In this document: positions 20,102 through 30,668 of the stretch, piece by piece | Position numbering within the stretch: position 1 is the first letter of the stretch | Layout: each line of letters opens with the position of its first letter | Assembly: GCA_026134085.1 (NCBI GenBank) | Contig: JAOQIN010000007.1 | Span: forward strand, 1 to 57,860 | Reading direction: 5' to 3' | Length of the DNA: 57,860 nt | From: Candidatus Methanoxibalbensis ujae | Lineage (GTDB): Archaea > Halobacteriota > Syntropharchaeia > Alkanophagales > Methanospirareceae | Position numbers and translations under genes: made by a program | The notes under the pieces: generated by a model | Database searches by the model: none | Seen by the model: the letters and a program-made list of their open reading frames with translations, nothing else | What the model was told of the DNA's origin: nothing

Positions 20102-22144
20102 ATGCTTGATGCGCTGTTCAATCCCCGGACTGTTGCGATTGTCGGTGCGACGCCAAAGGAGGGGAAAGTGGGGAACACGCTTCTCAGAAATCTTCTTTCA
20201 TTCAGAGGGGATGTTTTCGCTGTGAATCCGAAGTATGATGAGATAATGGGCGTTAGATGTTTTCGTTCGCTGCGGGAGATTCCTCATGTGGATCTTGTGG
20301 TAATTGCAGTGCCAGCGCCAGCTGTTTTGGAGGTGATTGAGGAATGTGCGGCGCTGAACATAGAGAATGTTGTTGTTATCTCAGCAGGATTCAGGGAATC
20401 TGGAAAAGAAGGAGCGTCGCTTGAGTCAGAACTAACGCGAATATGCCGCGAAAACAGTATAAACCTCGTCGGTCCCAACTGCCTCGGCATAATATCAACG
20501 CATGTCAATCTCAACGCCACATTCAGCAAAGTAATGCCCTCCGCCGGCAGAATTGCACTTCTCTCACAGTCAGGCGCGCTGATACTCGCCATCATAGACT
20601 GGGCACTGCATCAGAAAATTGGTTTCAGCAAGGTGGTCTCTCTCGGAAACAAAGCTGTGCTTGACGAGTGCGACTTCATGGAGTATCTTGCCGGTGATGA
20701 TCAGACGGATGTCATCGCAATATATCTTGAGAGCATTGAGCGGGGAAGGCGTTTCATGCGCATCGCATCTCGCATTGAGAAGCCAATTGTCATTCTGAAA
20801 AGCGGTAAAACAAGCACGGGAGCGAGGGCTGCATCATCACACACAGGCGCGCTCGCAGGAAGCAGAGAGGTTTTTGAGTCCGCAATGCAGCAGTGTGGAG
20901 CTGTTTCGGCTGAAACGCTTGAGGAGCTTTTTGACTACATACGCATACTTCCCGTGATGAAAGATGTTGAGCACATTGCAATCATAACAAACTCCGGAGG
21001 TCCGGGCGTCCTTGCGGCTGATGCTGTTGAGACATATGGACTTTCGCTCGCGTCCTTCAGAAATGAAACACTCCAGAATCTCAGAAAAATACTGCCAGCA
21101 GAGGCAAACATATACAATCCCGTTGATATTCTCGGCGATGCAGATGCGAGCAAACTCATGAAAGTGATTGAAATTGTCATCTCTGATAAAAATGTGGATG
21201 CAGCGATAGTGATACTGACACCAACAGCACCAATGAATATGGAAGAGGCTGCTGAAGCTGTGCTGAAATATGCATCTTTCAGCAAAATAATCACATGTTT
21301 CATAGGCGGTGAGAGTGTTGAGCGTGCTGCGGAGCGCGTTGAGCGTGAAGGCATACCGAACTTCATTGACCCAGCCAGGGCTGTTCGTGCGATATCAGTT
21401 GCGAAGGCATACGGCAGAAAGCGTAGCCGCCTGAACATACGGCAGTTCGCTGTTGAGCGAGATCACACACGCAAATTACTGCAGTCACTGCCAGAGGGCA
21501 TCATAGGTGTGGAGGGGTTTCCAGTGATTGAGTCTTATGGTGTGCGTGTTGCTCCCTATCGCATCGTGAGGACAGGTGATGAGGCAGTATCGGCAGCATC
21601 TGAGATAGGATTGCCCGTGGCTCTGAAAATAATATCGCCGGATATAGTGCATAAAAGCGATGTCGGCTGCATAAAACTGAATGTAAGCAGTGAGGAAGAT
21701 GTCGCAAGCGCATTCTATGAGATCATATCAAACGCAGAACGATACACAAGGATGATAAGCGGTGTCCTCGTGCAGAAAATGATAAGCGGCGGTCGTGAAG
21801 TGATAATAGGAATGAAAAGAGACATGCAGTTCGGTCCTGTCATCATGTTCGGTCTCGGCGGAATATTCGTTGAGATTTTCAGGGATATATCCTTCAGGAT
21901 AGCACCATTATCTGTTGAAGATGCATATAAAATGATGGCTGAGACGAAAAGCTACAGAGTGTTAAGAGGTGTAAGAGGAGAGAAAGGATGTGATATTGAT
22001 GCTATTGCAGAGGTTTTGATGAGAATTTCGCAACTTTGCATGGATTTTCCTGAAATAATGGAAATTGATATAAATCCTGTTAAGGTATTTGAGAGGGGGA
22101 AGGGCTGTGTGGCTGTTGACTTCAGGATGGTTCTCCGCAGGTGA
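20102..22144 (+). CDS. acdAB: Acetate/acyl-CoA ligase (ADP-forming), fused alpha-beta
   Basis: CoA-binding N-domain; GPNCLG, SQSGA, SHTGALAG, NPVDILGDA motifs; ATP-grasp HKSDVG. Confidence 0.9.
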   Translation: MLDALFNPRTVAIVGATPKEGKVGNTLLRNLLSFRGDVFAVNPKYDEIMGVRCFRSLREIPHVDLVVIAVPAPAVLEVIEECAALNIENVVVISAGFRESGKEGASLESELTRICRENSINLVGPNCLGIISTHVNLNATFSKVMPSAGRIALLSQSGALILAIIDWALHQKIGFSKVVSLGNKAVLDECDFMEYLAGDDQTDVIAIYLESIERGRRFMRIASRIEKPIVILKSGKTSTGARAASSHTGALAGSREVFESAMQQCGAVSAETLEELFDYIRILPVMKDVEHIAIITNSGGPGVLAADAVETYGLSLASFRNETLQNLRKILPAEANIYNPVDILGDADASKLMKVIEIVISDKNVDAAIVILTPTAPMNMEEAAEAVLKYASFSKIITCFIGGESVERAAERVEREGIPNFIDPARAVRAISVAKAYGRKRSRLNIRQFAVERDHTRKLLQSLPEGIIGVEGFPVIESYGVRVAPYRIVRTGDEAVSAASEIGLPVALKIISPDIVHKSDVGCIKLNVSSEEDVASAFYEIISNAERYTRMISGVLVQKMISGGREVIIGMKRDMQFGPVIMFGLGGIFVEIFRDISFRIAPLSVEDAYKMMAETKSYRVLRGVRGEKGCDIDAIAEVLMRISQLCMDFPEIMEIDINPVKVFERGKGCVAVDFRMVLRR

Positions 22145-22152
22145 TGTGAGAA

Positions 22153-23241
22153 ATGAAATCTGTTCTCGTGTCGTCGTTGGATGAGTATTCGGGAAAAACA
22201 GGAATAATTGCGGCACTGTCGCTGATATTGAGGGAGAGGGGATTGAAAGTCGGATATTTCAAGCCGTTCAGCATTGGTCTCGCAGGCACAACAGGCACAG
22301 TTGTGAGCACAGATAGCGCAGATAGCACGGATAGAGGAAGAAGGAGAAATGATGTGAGGGTGGTGGATGAAGATGCATTCAGGATTGCGAAAATACTTGA
22401 TGAGGGCTCACATGAGGATCTCTGTCCGGTTATCCTTGAGATTCCGTATGAGGATTTTGTGATGTCATGTGATGTTCATGGAATTCGTGAAAGGATAAAC
22501 GAGGCGTTCAAGCGTGTATCAGCCGGAAAAGACATAGTTCTTGTTGAAGGTGTTCTGAACTTCAGAGTGGGCAGGAGCATTGATCTGTGTGATTTCTGCA
22601 TTGCTGAGATGTTGAATGCTGAAATTCTGATGGTTGTGAAATACAGGGATTTTGTTATAGATGACATACTTTATGCAAGCGAGCATGCAGGTTTCAAAGT
22701 GCTTTTCAATCAGGTGCCCGTGTATAAGATTCCTCATATGAGCGTGATGAGATCATTTCTTGAGCGTCGTGACATAAGAGTGGTCGGTGCGATTCCGCAT
22801 GACTCCATGCTGAGCGGTTTGAGCGTTTATGAGATATGCGAGGCTGTCGGAGGAAGGTTTCTCGTCAAGCCTCGTGAGGACATAGTTGTGGAGCAGCTGC
22901 TCATCGGCGCGATGACGCCCCAGTCCGCAGTGACCTATTTCAGAAGAAGCAGGAACGCGGCAGTGATAACCGGAGGAGACAGATCGGAACTGCACACACT
23001 CGCACTTGAAATGCCATCAATAAAGTGCATCGTGCTCACAGGAAACCTCGAACCTCCCGCAATCATAAAAGGTGTAGCGGCTTCAAAAGACAAGCCTCTT
23101 ATAATAACTCCAGATGACACGCTGACAGCCGTGAAAAAGATTGACAGAGCGTTCGGAAAGACAAGACTACACAGCATGGTCAAAATAAAAAGGATGCAGG
23201 AATTTCTTTTGAAACATGTGAGGATTGATGAAATAATCTGA
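22153..23241 (+). CDS. Phosphotransacetylase N-terminal-like protein (BioD-like + DRTGG domain)
   Basis: SGKT, VGYFKP, LVEG and ITGGDR motifs; follows acdAB. Confidence 0.85.
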   Translation: MKSVLVSSLDEYSGKTGIIAALSLILRERGLKVGYFKPFSIGLAGTTGTVVSTDSADSTDRGRRRNDVRVVDEDAFRIAKILDEGSHEDLCPVILEIPYEDFVMSCDVHGIRERINEAFKRVSAGKDIVLVEGVLNFRVGRSIDLCDFCIAEMLNAEILMVVKYRDFVIDDILYASEHAGFKVLFNQVPVYKIPHMSVMRSFLERRDIRVVGAIPHDSMLSGLSVYEICEAVGGRFLVKPREDIVVEQLLIGAMTPQSAVTYFRRSRNAAVITGGDRSELHTLALEMPSIKCIVLTGNLEPPAIIKGVAASKDKPLIITPDDTLTAVKKIDRAFGKTRLHSMVKIKRMQEFLLKHVRIDEII

Positions 23242-23271
23242 TGCTTCCATTGTGATGGAATTGTGATTCTG

Positions 23272-24375
23272 CTATTGTGAGGATGCCTTCCACGCAGCCT
23301 TCCGCAGTCTGTCCATAACAGCTCTTCCGAGACCGACCTCAGGAACCGGTTCCGCATATATGATGTCAAGATTCCTCCTGTCAAGCCTTCGCAGGCATGC
23401 GAACAGGTTTGCAGCAGCCTCAACAAGGTCTCCTTTATCGGAGAGCACCTCAATCGCATCGTAATTATGATAGCACTCAGGTGTCGGCTTCTTGAATGCG
23501 AGCAGACCACAGCGTCTGTGGCGCATCTCTCTTTTTCCGGTTCCTGTTCTTATTTCATCCGCACTCGCTATGACGAGCGGTGTCCGTGGAGCATAATGTT
23601 TTGGCAGTTGACCTGGCGATCTCGGTTTTTGTTTTTTTTCATGCGATTCAATTTCAACAGCCCCTATCACACGCTCTATCTCCTCAACAGGAAGACCTCC
23701 AGGTCTCAAGACGATTTTCTTATCGCCTGCGATGTATATGACTGTTGATTCAACACCTATGGGGCATCTGCCACCATCAATTATCATGTCTATTCTGTCG
23801 CCGAGCATCTCACGCACATCATCCGCACTTGTAGGGCTGAGATATCCGAAAGGATTCGCACTCGGCGCCGCTATCGGAGTTCTCGCTTTTTCAATGAGGC
23901 GCAATGCAATCGGATGCGCGGGCATCCTGACCGCAACAGTCGGAAGAGAAGCAGTCACAATGTCAGGAACAATCTCCGATTTTGGCATCACAATTGTGAG
24001 AGGCCCCGGCCAGAACGCCCGCATCAACTTCTCCGCACGCTCGTCAACATGATCACAGAGCTCATACACCATTGAAAAATCGGATATGTGCACTATTAAC
24101 GGATCAAAGCGGGGTCTTCTCTTGACCTCAAATATCCTCGCAACCGCCCTCGCATTCAGAGCATCTGCACCAAGACCATACACAGTCTCAGTCGGAAACG
24201 CAACAAGACCCCCCCTCCGTATTATCTCCGCTGCTCTGATTATCAGTTTCTCCATATCATCCGCTTCATCCTCCATATCCTCTGCTTTATCCACCATATC
24301 CTCCACGCCAGCATGCATCATACAATCACCGGCTGCATGGCGGCTGCATGGCGTGCGAACAGCTGTCATAGTCAT
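23272..24375 (-). CDS. sua5: L-threonylcarbamoyladenylate synthase (Sua5)
   Basis: FPTETVYGLGA, K.RP..PLIVH, APSAN and HYAP motifs; true start probably downstream of 24375. Confidence 0.93.
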   Translation of the reverse strand: MTMTAVRTPCSRHAAGDCMMHAGVEDMVDKAEDMEDEADDMEKLIIRAAEIIRRGGLVAFPTETVYGLGADALNARAVARIFEVKRRPRFDPLIVHISDFSMVYELCDHVDERAEKLMRAFWPGPLTIVMPKSEIVPDIVTASLPTVAVRMPAHPIALRLIEKARTPIAAPSANPFGYLSPTSADDVREMLGDRIDMIIDGGRCPIGVESTVIYIAGDKKIVLRPGGLPVEEIERVIGAVEIESHEKKQKPRSPGQLPKHYAPRTPLVIASADEIRTGTGKREMRHRRCGLLAFKKPTPECYHNYDAIEVLSDKGDLVEAAANLFACLRRLDRRNLDIIYAEPVPEVGLGRAVMDRLRKAAWKASSQ

Positions 24376-25433
24376 ATATAACAGAGGATCTCATCCATTA
24401 TCTCACCCAGTTCAGGCACATCTTCAAACCATGTCCTTCCCGTGATTTCGTTGCATGCCGCTTTATACATTGAGGAGATGAGATTTTTGAGATTTTCGGG
24501 CAGAGGCGGCGGCTCACTCCTGACAAACGCCTTCCAGTTCACACCCTTTTTTTTCGCTTTCTCAACATGTTCATACCATTCTGTTTTCCTATAAAAAATT
24601 CTCGCTATTTCTTTGCTTACAGGTATGCCATTGTATGTAAATCTGCACTCATCAAGTGTTCCTACAGCATCAACAACAATCAATCTCCTTTTCTCATCAA
24701 ATCCAAACTCTATTTTTCCATCCTCATTTTTCAATCCAGCTCTGCGAGATTCTCGCGTGATTATCTCATTTATCCTGAGTGCTGTACTCTTTATTTCACG
24801 AACTTCATCATCACTCAACCCCGCAATCTCCCTCGCCTCATCCCATTTGAGATATCTGTCGCAGTGCTCCAGCTTCGTGCTCACATCAATGAACGGTCTC
24901 TCAAGTGTCTGACCCGGTTTTGGCATATCGCTCAGACCGATGTCTTCAGGCTTTATGCTGCCTTCCCTCAATCGTTTGAACACACTTGAACCCTCAGGCA
25001 GCGAATTTCTGTATATGACCTCAAGAGGTATGAGAAAGTTTGCACGCTCCATCCTGTACACAGAATAATCGTAGCAGCCTTTCCCTGCCGCAGCTGCATC
25101 ATCCATGACCTCATCCTGCTGAGCTGGAGGAGCAGGATACAGCACCCTGAGCAGCTTTATCTCCATGCACTCCTGCGGCGCCTTCAACGCGGACAGTCTT
25201 TTGACCGCCCCCTCCTCAACAATTCCAAGATAGTGCGTGCGAATCCCCTCTTCCTCAAGCCTCTCAAAAAAATAGGCGGCGGTTATGCAGAGGGACTTTC
25301 CCTTTTCCGCGATCTCATCCGGCATCTTCCCCCAGTCAAACACCGAATATCTGTCTGAGAACACAAAGCGCGCATGACCTGCTTTTGACCCCTCAGGCGG
25401 TTCTATGACGATCAAATCCTTCACACCGCCCAT
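24372..25433 (-). CDS. purC: SAICAR synthetase
   Basis: MGGVKDL start; FSDRYSVFDWG, DGKIEFG and GTLDECRF motifs. Confidence 0.93.
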   Translation of the reverse strand: MGGVKDLIVIEPPEGSKAGHARFVFSDRYSVFDWGKMPDEIAEKGKSLCITAAYFFERLEEEGIRTHYLGIVEEGAVKRLSALKAPQECMEIKLLRVLYPAPPAQQDEVMDDAAAAGKGCYDYSVYRMERANFLIPLEVIYRNSLPEGSSVFKRLREGSIKPEDIGLSDMPKPGQTLERPFIDVSTKLEHCDRYLKWDEAREIAGLSDDEVREIKSTALRINEIITRESRRAGLKNEDGKIEFGFDEKRRLIVVDAVGTLDECRFTYNGIPVSKEIARIFYRKTEWYEHVEKAKKKGVNWKAFVRSEPPPLPENLKNLISSMYKAACNEITGRTWFEDVPELGEIMDEILCYI

Positions 25434-25713
25434 TCCAAACACACCTTCTCCCTCTCTTCCATCTCAGTCCTCACGCCTCTCATATTTACATTTTCATATT
25501 CGCATTCTTTTTCTCATCGCATCCCGCCGAATCCCGACGGCTACACCATCATTTTGACCTAATGCTGAACAGAGGTTTAATCTTTGACCTAATGCTGAGA
25601 TGACATAACGCAGTGACTAACGCAGTGACATGATGATAAGCGGAACATCGCTTCAGGTGGCGGCACTGAGCCGCCTCCTGAGCCTTTTAACTTCTGATTT
25701 CCCATATGAAAAA

Positions 25714-26103
25714 ATGATGAGGCGAATTATCCTGATGACAGTGGCGATTGCTATGATAGCAGCAGTCGTTGGCTTTGCGGTTATGATCATGAGCAGGAGA
25801 GGTGAGATGGAAGTGGAGTTGGAGCTGAGATGGATGTTTTCGGAGGGAAAATACATTCCTATGAACATCACTGTCGGCGATGTTGTTTATGGGGACGGAG
25901 TGGAGGTGAAAATAATTGAGCTGAGTGATGAGCGGCGAGAAGGCGAGGAGCCCGACATCATAATCACAAGGACAGCTCGCGGTGTCGTGTTGAGAGGAGA
26001 GGATGTCATCAGAGAGAACATGGAACTTCATGTGCTGAGAAACGGTGTTGTGATTCCTGAGATCTGCATACCCGCCATAAAAGTGAAAAGCGTGAGGAAA
26101 TGA
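25714..26103 (+). CDS. Hypothetical membrane-anchored protein
   Basis: N-terminal hydrophobic helix; stop overlaps the next ATG. Confidence 0.6.
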   Translation: MMRRIILMTVAIAMIAAVVGFAVMIMSRRGEMEVELELRWMFSEGKYIPMNITVGDVVYGDGVEVKIIELSDERREGEEPDIIITRTARGVVLRGEDVIRENMELHVLRNGVVIPEICIPAIKVKSVRK

Positions 26104-27158
26104 GAGAGAGGATGAATGAGCCGCGGAGGATAAGGCGCCTGCGGATAAGAGATTTTGTGGTGACAGAGGAAAACTGGATTTTTGCAGTTGTCTGCTATGA
26201 CACAGACCCCCGCTATGGAGGCGTCAAGTGCATTCTGCGATATGTGCCAGATGCGCATGGGGACAGAACAGTTGATGAGCGCTGGAAGCATTATGATTAC
26301 GGTGTGAAGCGATTTCGCAAGCTTGATTTCGCAGCCGCATATGAGTTTCTCCGTGAAAAACGCCCGGAATATCTGAAAGATATTTTTCAAGTGGTGCCCG
26401 ATAATGAGATATCGCATGTCCTAAGACCTTCTGAGGTGCTGCCAGCTTTCGCAGAGCGAGATGAGCGTGTGAGAAAAATCGCGGAGATATTCAGCACCGA
26501 AATTCCTGTTTCCAAAATGGGAATCACAGGCTCATTCCTCTGCGGACTTCATACAGAAAAATCCGACATTGATTTCGTCATTTACGGCATTGAGAATTTC
26601 AGTAAAGCAAGAGAAATATTAATGGATGCCACAAAAAAAGGAGAAATTCAGCAGATAAATGATAATATGTGGCATTACATATATAAAAAAAGAAAGCCAT
26701 CTCTTCCTTTTAAAATGTTCAAAGCGCATGAGTGCAGGAAATGGAACAGAGGAATCGTGGGCAACACTTATTTTGATATACTATTTGTCAGGGATTATTC
26801 GGAGATGGGCGGGCTGCGCAGAATATACAGAAAAGGCAAGAAGCTGTGCAATGCGAGGATAGAGTGCATTGTTAAAGATGCAAAATTCTGCTTTGACAGC
26901 CCTGCGGTGTATGAAGTGGAAACTTATGCTGCGGATTGGATTGATATGGAGGGGAATTGGATTGATATGGAGAGGATTAAAGAGGAAAATATAACAGAAA
27001 TACTGTCTTTCACTCATACCTATGCAGGTCAGGCGTTTGAGGGCGAGCGTGTGATCGCTCAAGGTGTCGTTGAGCAATGCGATGACGGCTCACTCAGGCT
27101 TGTCGTCGGCACAACAAGAGAGGCAAAAAACGAGTGGATAATCTGCACTGAGAGATAA
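26100..27158 (+). CDS. Archaeal nucleotidyltransferase-domain protein
   Basis: GITGS....H...SDIDFVIYG Pol-beta-type motif; SFTHTYAGQA. Confidence 0.85.
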   Translation: MRERMNEPRRIRRLRIRDFVVTEENWIFAVVCYDTDPRYGGVKCILRYVPDAHGDRTVDERWKHYDYGVKRFRKLDFAAAYEFLREKRPEYLKDIFQVVPDNEISHVLRPSEVLPAFAERDERVRKIAEIFSTEIPVSKMGITGSFLCGLHTEKSDIDFVIYGIENFSKAREILMDATKKGEIQQINDNMWHYIYKKRKPSLPFKMFKAHECRKWNRGIVGNTYFDILFVRDYSEMGGLRRIYRKGKKLCNARIECIVKDAKFCFDSPAVYEVETYAADWIDMEGNWIDMERIKEENITEILSFTHTYAGQAFEGERVIAQGVVEQCDDGSLRLVVGTTREAKNEWIICTER

Positions 27159-27215
27159 TGTCGCTCGCATATCATGTCAGGCGACCTGCCCATCCTTCGG
27201 ATCTGCTTTCGTTTT

Positions 27216-28978
27216 CATATGCCAATGCTTTCTCTGTTAATGCTTTCAATTAATGCTTACAGCTTTTCCAAAGCCTCTCTCGGTCTGGATCAAGTCAACG
27301 CGTTGACAAGCGAACGAAGCAAAGTTCCCTCTTCTTTTTTCTCCTCTCCTGTGTATTCTTCAAACGAGGAAGTCACGACACGGGACCTTTCACATCCCTC
27401 GCATGTTCAATTACATCTTTCGGAATACCCGCTCCTGCGAGCCAACGGAGACGAACAGGCATTTTGCCGCTTCAAGACCTTTCCCACCTCATCTTATCAG
27501 CTATCTGTTTGTTCAGTTTGCGGCCTCACTCATCTCCATCATGAAGGAGCTACCCGTTGAAAGGTCATCATAAGCCCCAACTCCGTATGCGATCAACAAT
27601 TCCTTTGCATGATCCGCGGGAACAAAAGATCTGAACGAGAATGACAACAAGCGCTGTCTGCCGCAGATATGTTGCCGCTCATGTTGCTGTTGATGAGGCT
27701 CCTCATTCAGAACAACATCATTGGACACGAAATCAGCCACCTGACCGGATGACGTTCCCTCATTCACATAAGGTCTGCAATATCTGTTGGCAGATGCAAC
27801 CTCCGCAAATGATGCTTTTCTGACCTCAGAATCCGAGAATACTGTTGTGGCCAATTTTCAGTTTTATGCCATCACATGCTCATCTCGCTCAAAAGATGCA
27901 AGCCATCAATCTCCGAAGACGCCGGAGGATCTTCAACTATCGCACGCTCAATGGGAGATAAGAGACAAAAGATACGTGGGAAATTCCGCAGTGGGAAATT
28001 CCGCATATCCCGCGCGATCTCACTTTTCAGATTTACAGCCATTCATGCACTCTTTCTGCCCCTGCTGAGATTCTCGCTTCTCTCTACATCTCTTCACGCA
28101 TAGCATCTCTCAATGATGTCATGAGAATGTCGTCATGAAGCTCACTTATGGCATCAAGCCTCCTGTTTATCTCAGTCACTCCTTAAGAGGGAAACGACCG
28201 CTCTAAAAGGCGAGAGCCCATTCCGCGTCTTGTCAATCACAGAAACGACCATCTCTCAAGTTCCTGCTCAAGAGGAGTGTGATGCTGTCAACAATCATGA
28301 AATCCTTAATGAAATTTATTTTTATTTATTAAATAAAAAAGGATAGAAAATCAGAGCACCTGGAAATCGCAACATTCATGGATTTACAGCATAAAAACTG
28401 ATAACGTGAATTGTGACTGCTGATTCCATCTTATCAGTTGCCCGTGCATCAATTGCACGGAGAGACCGAGGCATGATCCGCAGGCTTCAATCGTTCTATC
28501 TCGTTTCGCAGTGTTGAATGTTGAGAGTCATCGCATCGCTGAACTCTGTGCTCCTGTTGATACATCAACAAATGCGATCCCTGCCCTTCCAGAAACAATG
28601 TTTGCGCACGGCGGATAATTACCTGAGCGCTCCTCAAGCATCGCATCATCAATTACTGTTCCGGGCAGGCGGACACGATGTTCTATTTCATCTTTTTTTC
28701 AGAAACTCGCCTCGCATCCGCGCTCAATAAGCCTGCGGATGTAAGGCTCAGCTGCATGATGGAGCTGCATAATGGGGGAACCAGCCACCGGCTCCTGATC
28801 CTTCGCTGCACCTGCTGCCTGTTCCTTTTTTGCCGCTTATGCCTCCACTGCTGCCCCGAGCTCCTTTGATGAAATTCCCGCATCTTCGCCGAAAGTTTCG
28901 CAGAAATCACCAACTCCGAAGAAGAGGATCCCTCTCCTTTATGCGAAAATATTGACGGGGCATGCAGCTCAACCACAT
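27216..28978 (-). pseudogene. mutS: Highly decayed MutS1 mismatch-repair pseudogene
   Basis: Collinear MutS fragments across frames: RQYFRIK; ILFFGVGDFCETFGEDA..SKELG; HAAEPYIRRLIERG; PGTVIDDAMLEERS; GIAFVDVSTG; MGSRLL...EINRRLDAISEL; FAEVASANRYCRP; SFVPA..VGAYDDLSTG.SFMMEMSEAAN; AGIPKDVIEHAR; PREALEKL. Confidence 0.85.
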
Positions 28979-29142
28979 CCACTTTTAAGTGAAATGAAAA
29001 AAGATAAGCAGTTGCGCCATCGTAGCATTCGCACTCCATTGCGCCCCGTCTTGTCATTCTTATTTCATTGTGTGAAATTTTATATATCAAAAAAAATAAT
29101 GAAAAAATGAAAGAATAAAAAAATAGGGGGGGGTAGCTGAAG

Positions 29143-29856
29143 ATGTTGATCACATTAATTCTGCAAAAACTTGCATTAAGCACCGCCATCATATTTATAC
29201 TTCTTCTCATACTGAAGTTAGGAGGAGTTATACACAAATTCTCCGTATATTTTAGAGAACACTCAAAAAAGAGGAGGACGAAAGCAGTTATGGAGGAGTT
29301 GAAGTTGCTCATGGGAATTCGCAGGAAAGTTATATATGGCTCTTTTCTCTCGGTATCTGTTTTTTTTATCATTGTTCTTCTGCTTATGACAAAGATCATA
29401 TTTTTCACAGCAGTCACCTCTGACAGCATGCGACCCACATTCAAGCGAGGAGATCTCGTGATGATGCAGCGCATTCATATTGAGCCAGAAGTTGGAGATA
29501 TAGTGATGTTCGAGCGTGAGGAGCTTATGCTGCCTGTTCTGCATCGTGTTGTCGCAGTGTCTGATAAAGGGGTCAGGACGAAAGGAGATGCTCGTGCATT
29601 TGAAGACCCCTGGGTGGTGCCTGATGATGAGATAATAGCCGAAGCCGTTCAGATAAATGGAAGACCAATTGTGCTTGAAAATCTTGGAAATTATTTCATT
29701 CTTGATGCTCGCGAGGTGAGAGTGGGCAGATACGGCTCAGAATATGCGTTTATGATAAACCTTTTTAAGGCGATAAAGATGTGGGGATATGCTCTTTTCA
29801 TCATTGCAACTGCGGGATACATATTTTTAGTTCTGAGGGAGGGGAGAGGACGATGA
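29143..29856 (+). CDS. Signal peptidase I (archaeal S26 / SipW-like)
   Basis: VTSDSMRPTFKRGD (catalytic Ser), VLHRV (His), TKGD...DPW; flanking TM helices. Confidence 0.88.
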   Translation: MLITLILQKLALSTAIIFILLLILKLGGVIHKFSVYFREHSKKRRTKAVMEELKLLMGIRRKVIYGSFLSVSVFFIIVLLLMTKIIFFTAVTSDSMRPTFKRGDLVMMQRIHIEPEVGDIVMFEREELMLPVLHRVVAVSDKGVRTKGDARAFEDPWVVPDDEIIAEAVQINGRPIVLENLGNYFILDAREVRVGRYGSEYAFMINLFKAIKMWGYALFIIATAGYIFLVLREGRGR

Positions 29857-30668
29857 GACTGCTTTTTTTACTTCTGATTGTGTGCGCATTATCATTCGCA
29901 ATGGCTCAAACTGCATCAATTTTCGCAGGTCAGCACACATGGTATAATTTGAGCGCGAATGGAAGCGATGTTCCATGTGAGAAGTGTCATGCTGATGTTG
30001 CGGAGGAGATGGAAGTTCTCACTGGACCTCACACAGGAGAGACCGGTTTCGGAAAGATGAAATGCGAGTATTGCCACAGATTTCCTCCCATTTGGCGTAG
30101 AAATCAGACATTTGAGAATTACACTTATGCCTCTGTCAATGCGGATGTCATCCCGGGTAAAGAAGCGCACGCAGCTTCAACTGTTCCATGCATGTATTGC
30201 CATAGCGGAGATAAATATGGTGTGAGGCACGCCAATCATGCATACAGTGACTGCTGGCCATGCCATCAGGATCCCAGTGAGAATCCAAACCACAGACCCG
30301 CTCATGAAGGAAGATATAAAAACAGCGAGGATTGCAGGCGATGTCATGCAAATGCTCACACAGGTGATGTGTATTACATTCCACCGGCAGGAGGTTTTAA
30401 CCTCACAACGAGCGCATCAGACACTGGAAAGAATGCATCTCACATCAGTTTTGTGATGAGTGCAATAGAAAATGATACGATGGAGGATGCAAATGAGGCA
30501 TGTCTTGCATGTCATACGAAGATGAGAGTGGAAATACTGTTCAATGTCACGACTGAGGCGGAAATTACCGTGAATAACTCCTACACACAATCGCATTCAT
30601 ATTGGAATGTGGATGAGATAACGCCAAGCAATTACACAGCTTACAGGGAGGTGAAGGGAGAGCAATGA
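29853..30668 (+). CDS. Secreted multiheme c-type cytochrome (6 CxxCH)
   Basis: Signal peptide from ATG 29853 (ATGA overlap); CEKCH, CEYCH, CMYCH, CWPCH, CRRCH, CLACH. Confidence 0.9.
   Translation: MRLLFLLLIVCALSFAMAQTASIFAGQHTWYNLSANGSDVPCEKCHADVAEEMEVLTGPHTGETGFGKMKCEYCHRFPPIWRRNQTFENYTYASVNADVIPGKEAHAASTVPCMYCHSGDKYGVRHANHAYSDCWPCHQDPSENPNHRPAHEGRYKNSEDCRRCHANAHTGDVYYIPPAGGFNLTTSASDTGKNASHISFVMSAIENDTMEDANEACLACHTKMRVEILFNVTTEAEITVNNSYTQSHSYWNVDEITPSNYTAYREVKGEQ

Noticed and set aside
28683..29474. 263-aa minus-strand ORF
   Set aside because: A composite of the antisense of the signal peptidase and an off-frame reading of the mutS remnant.
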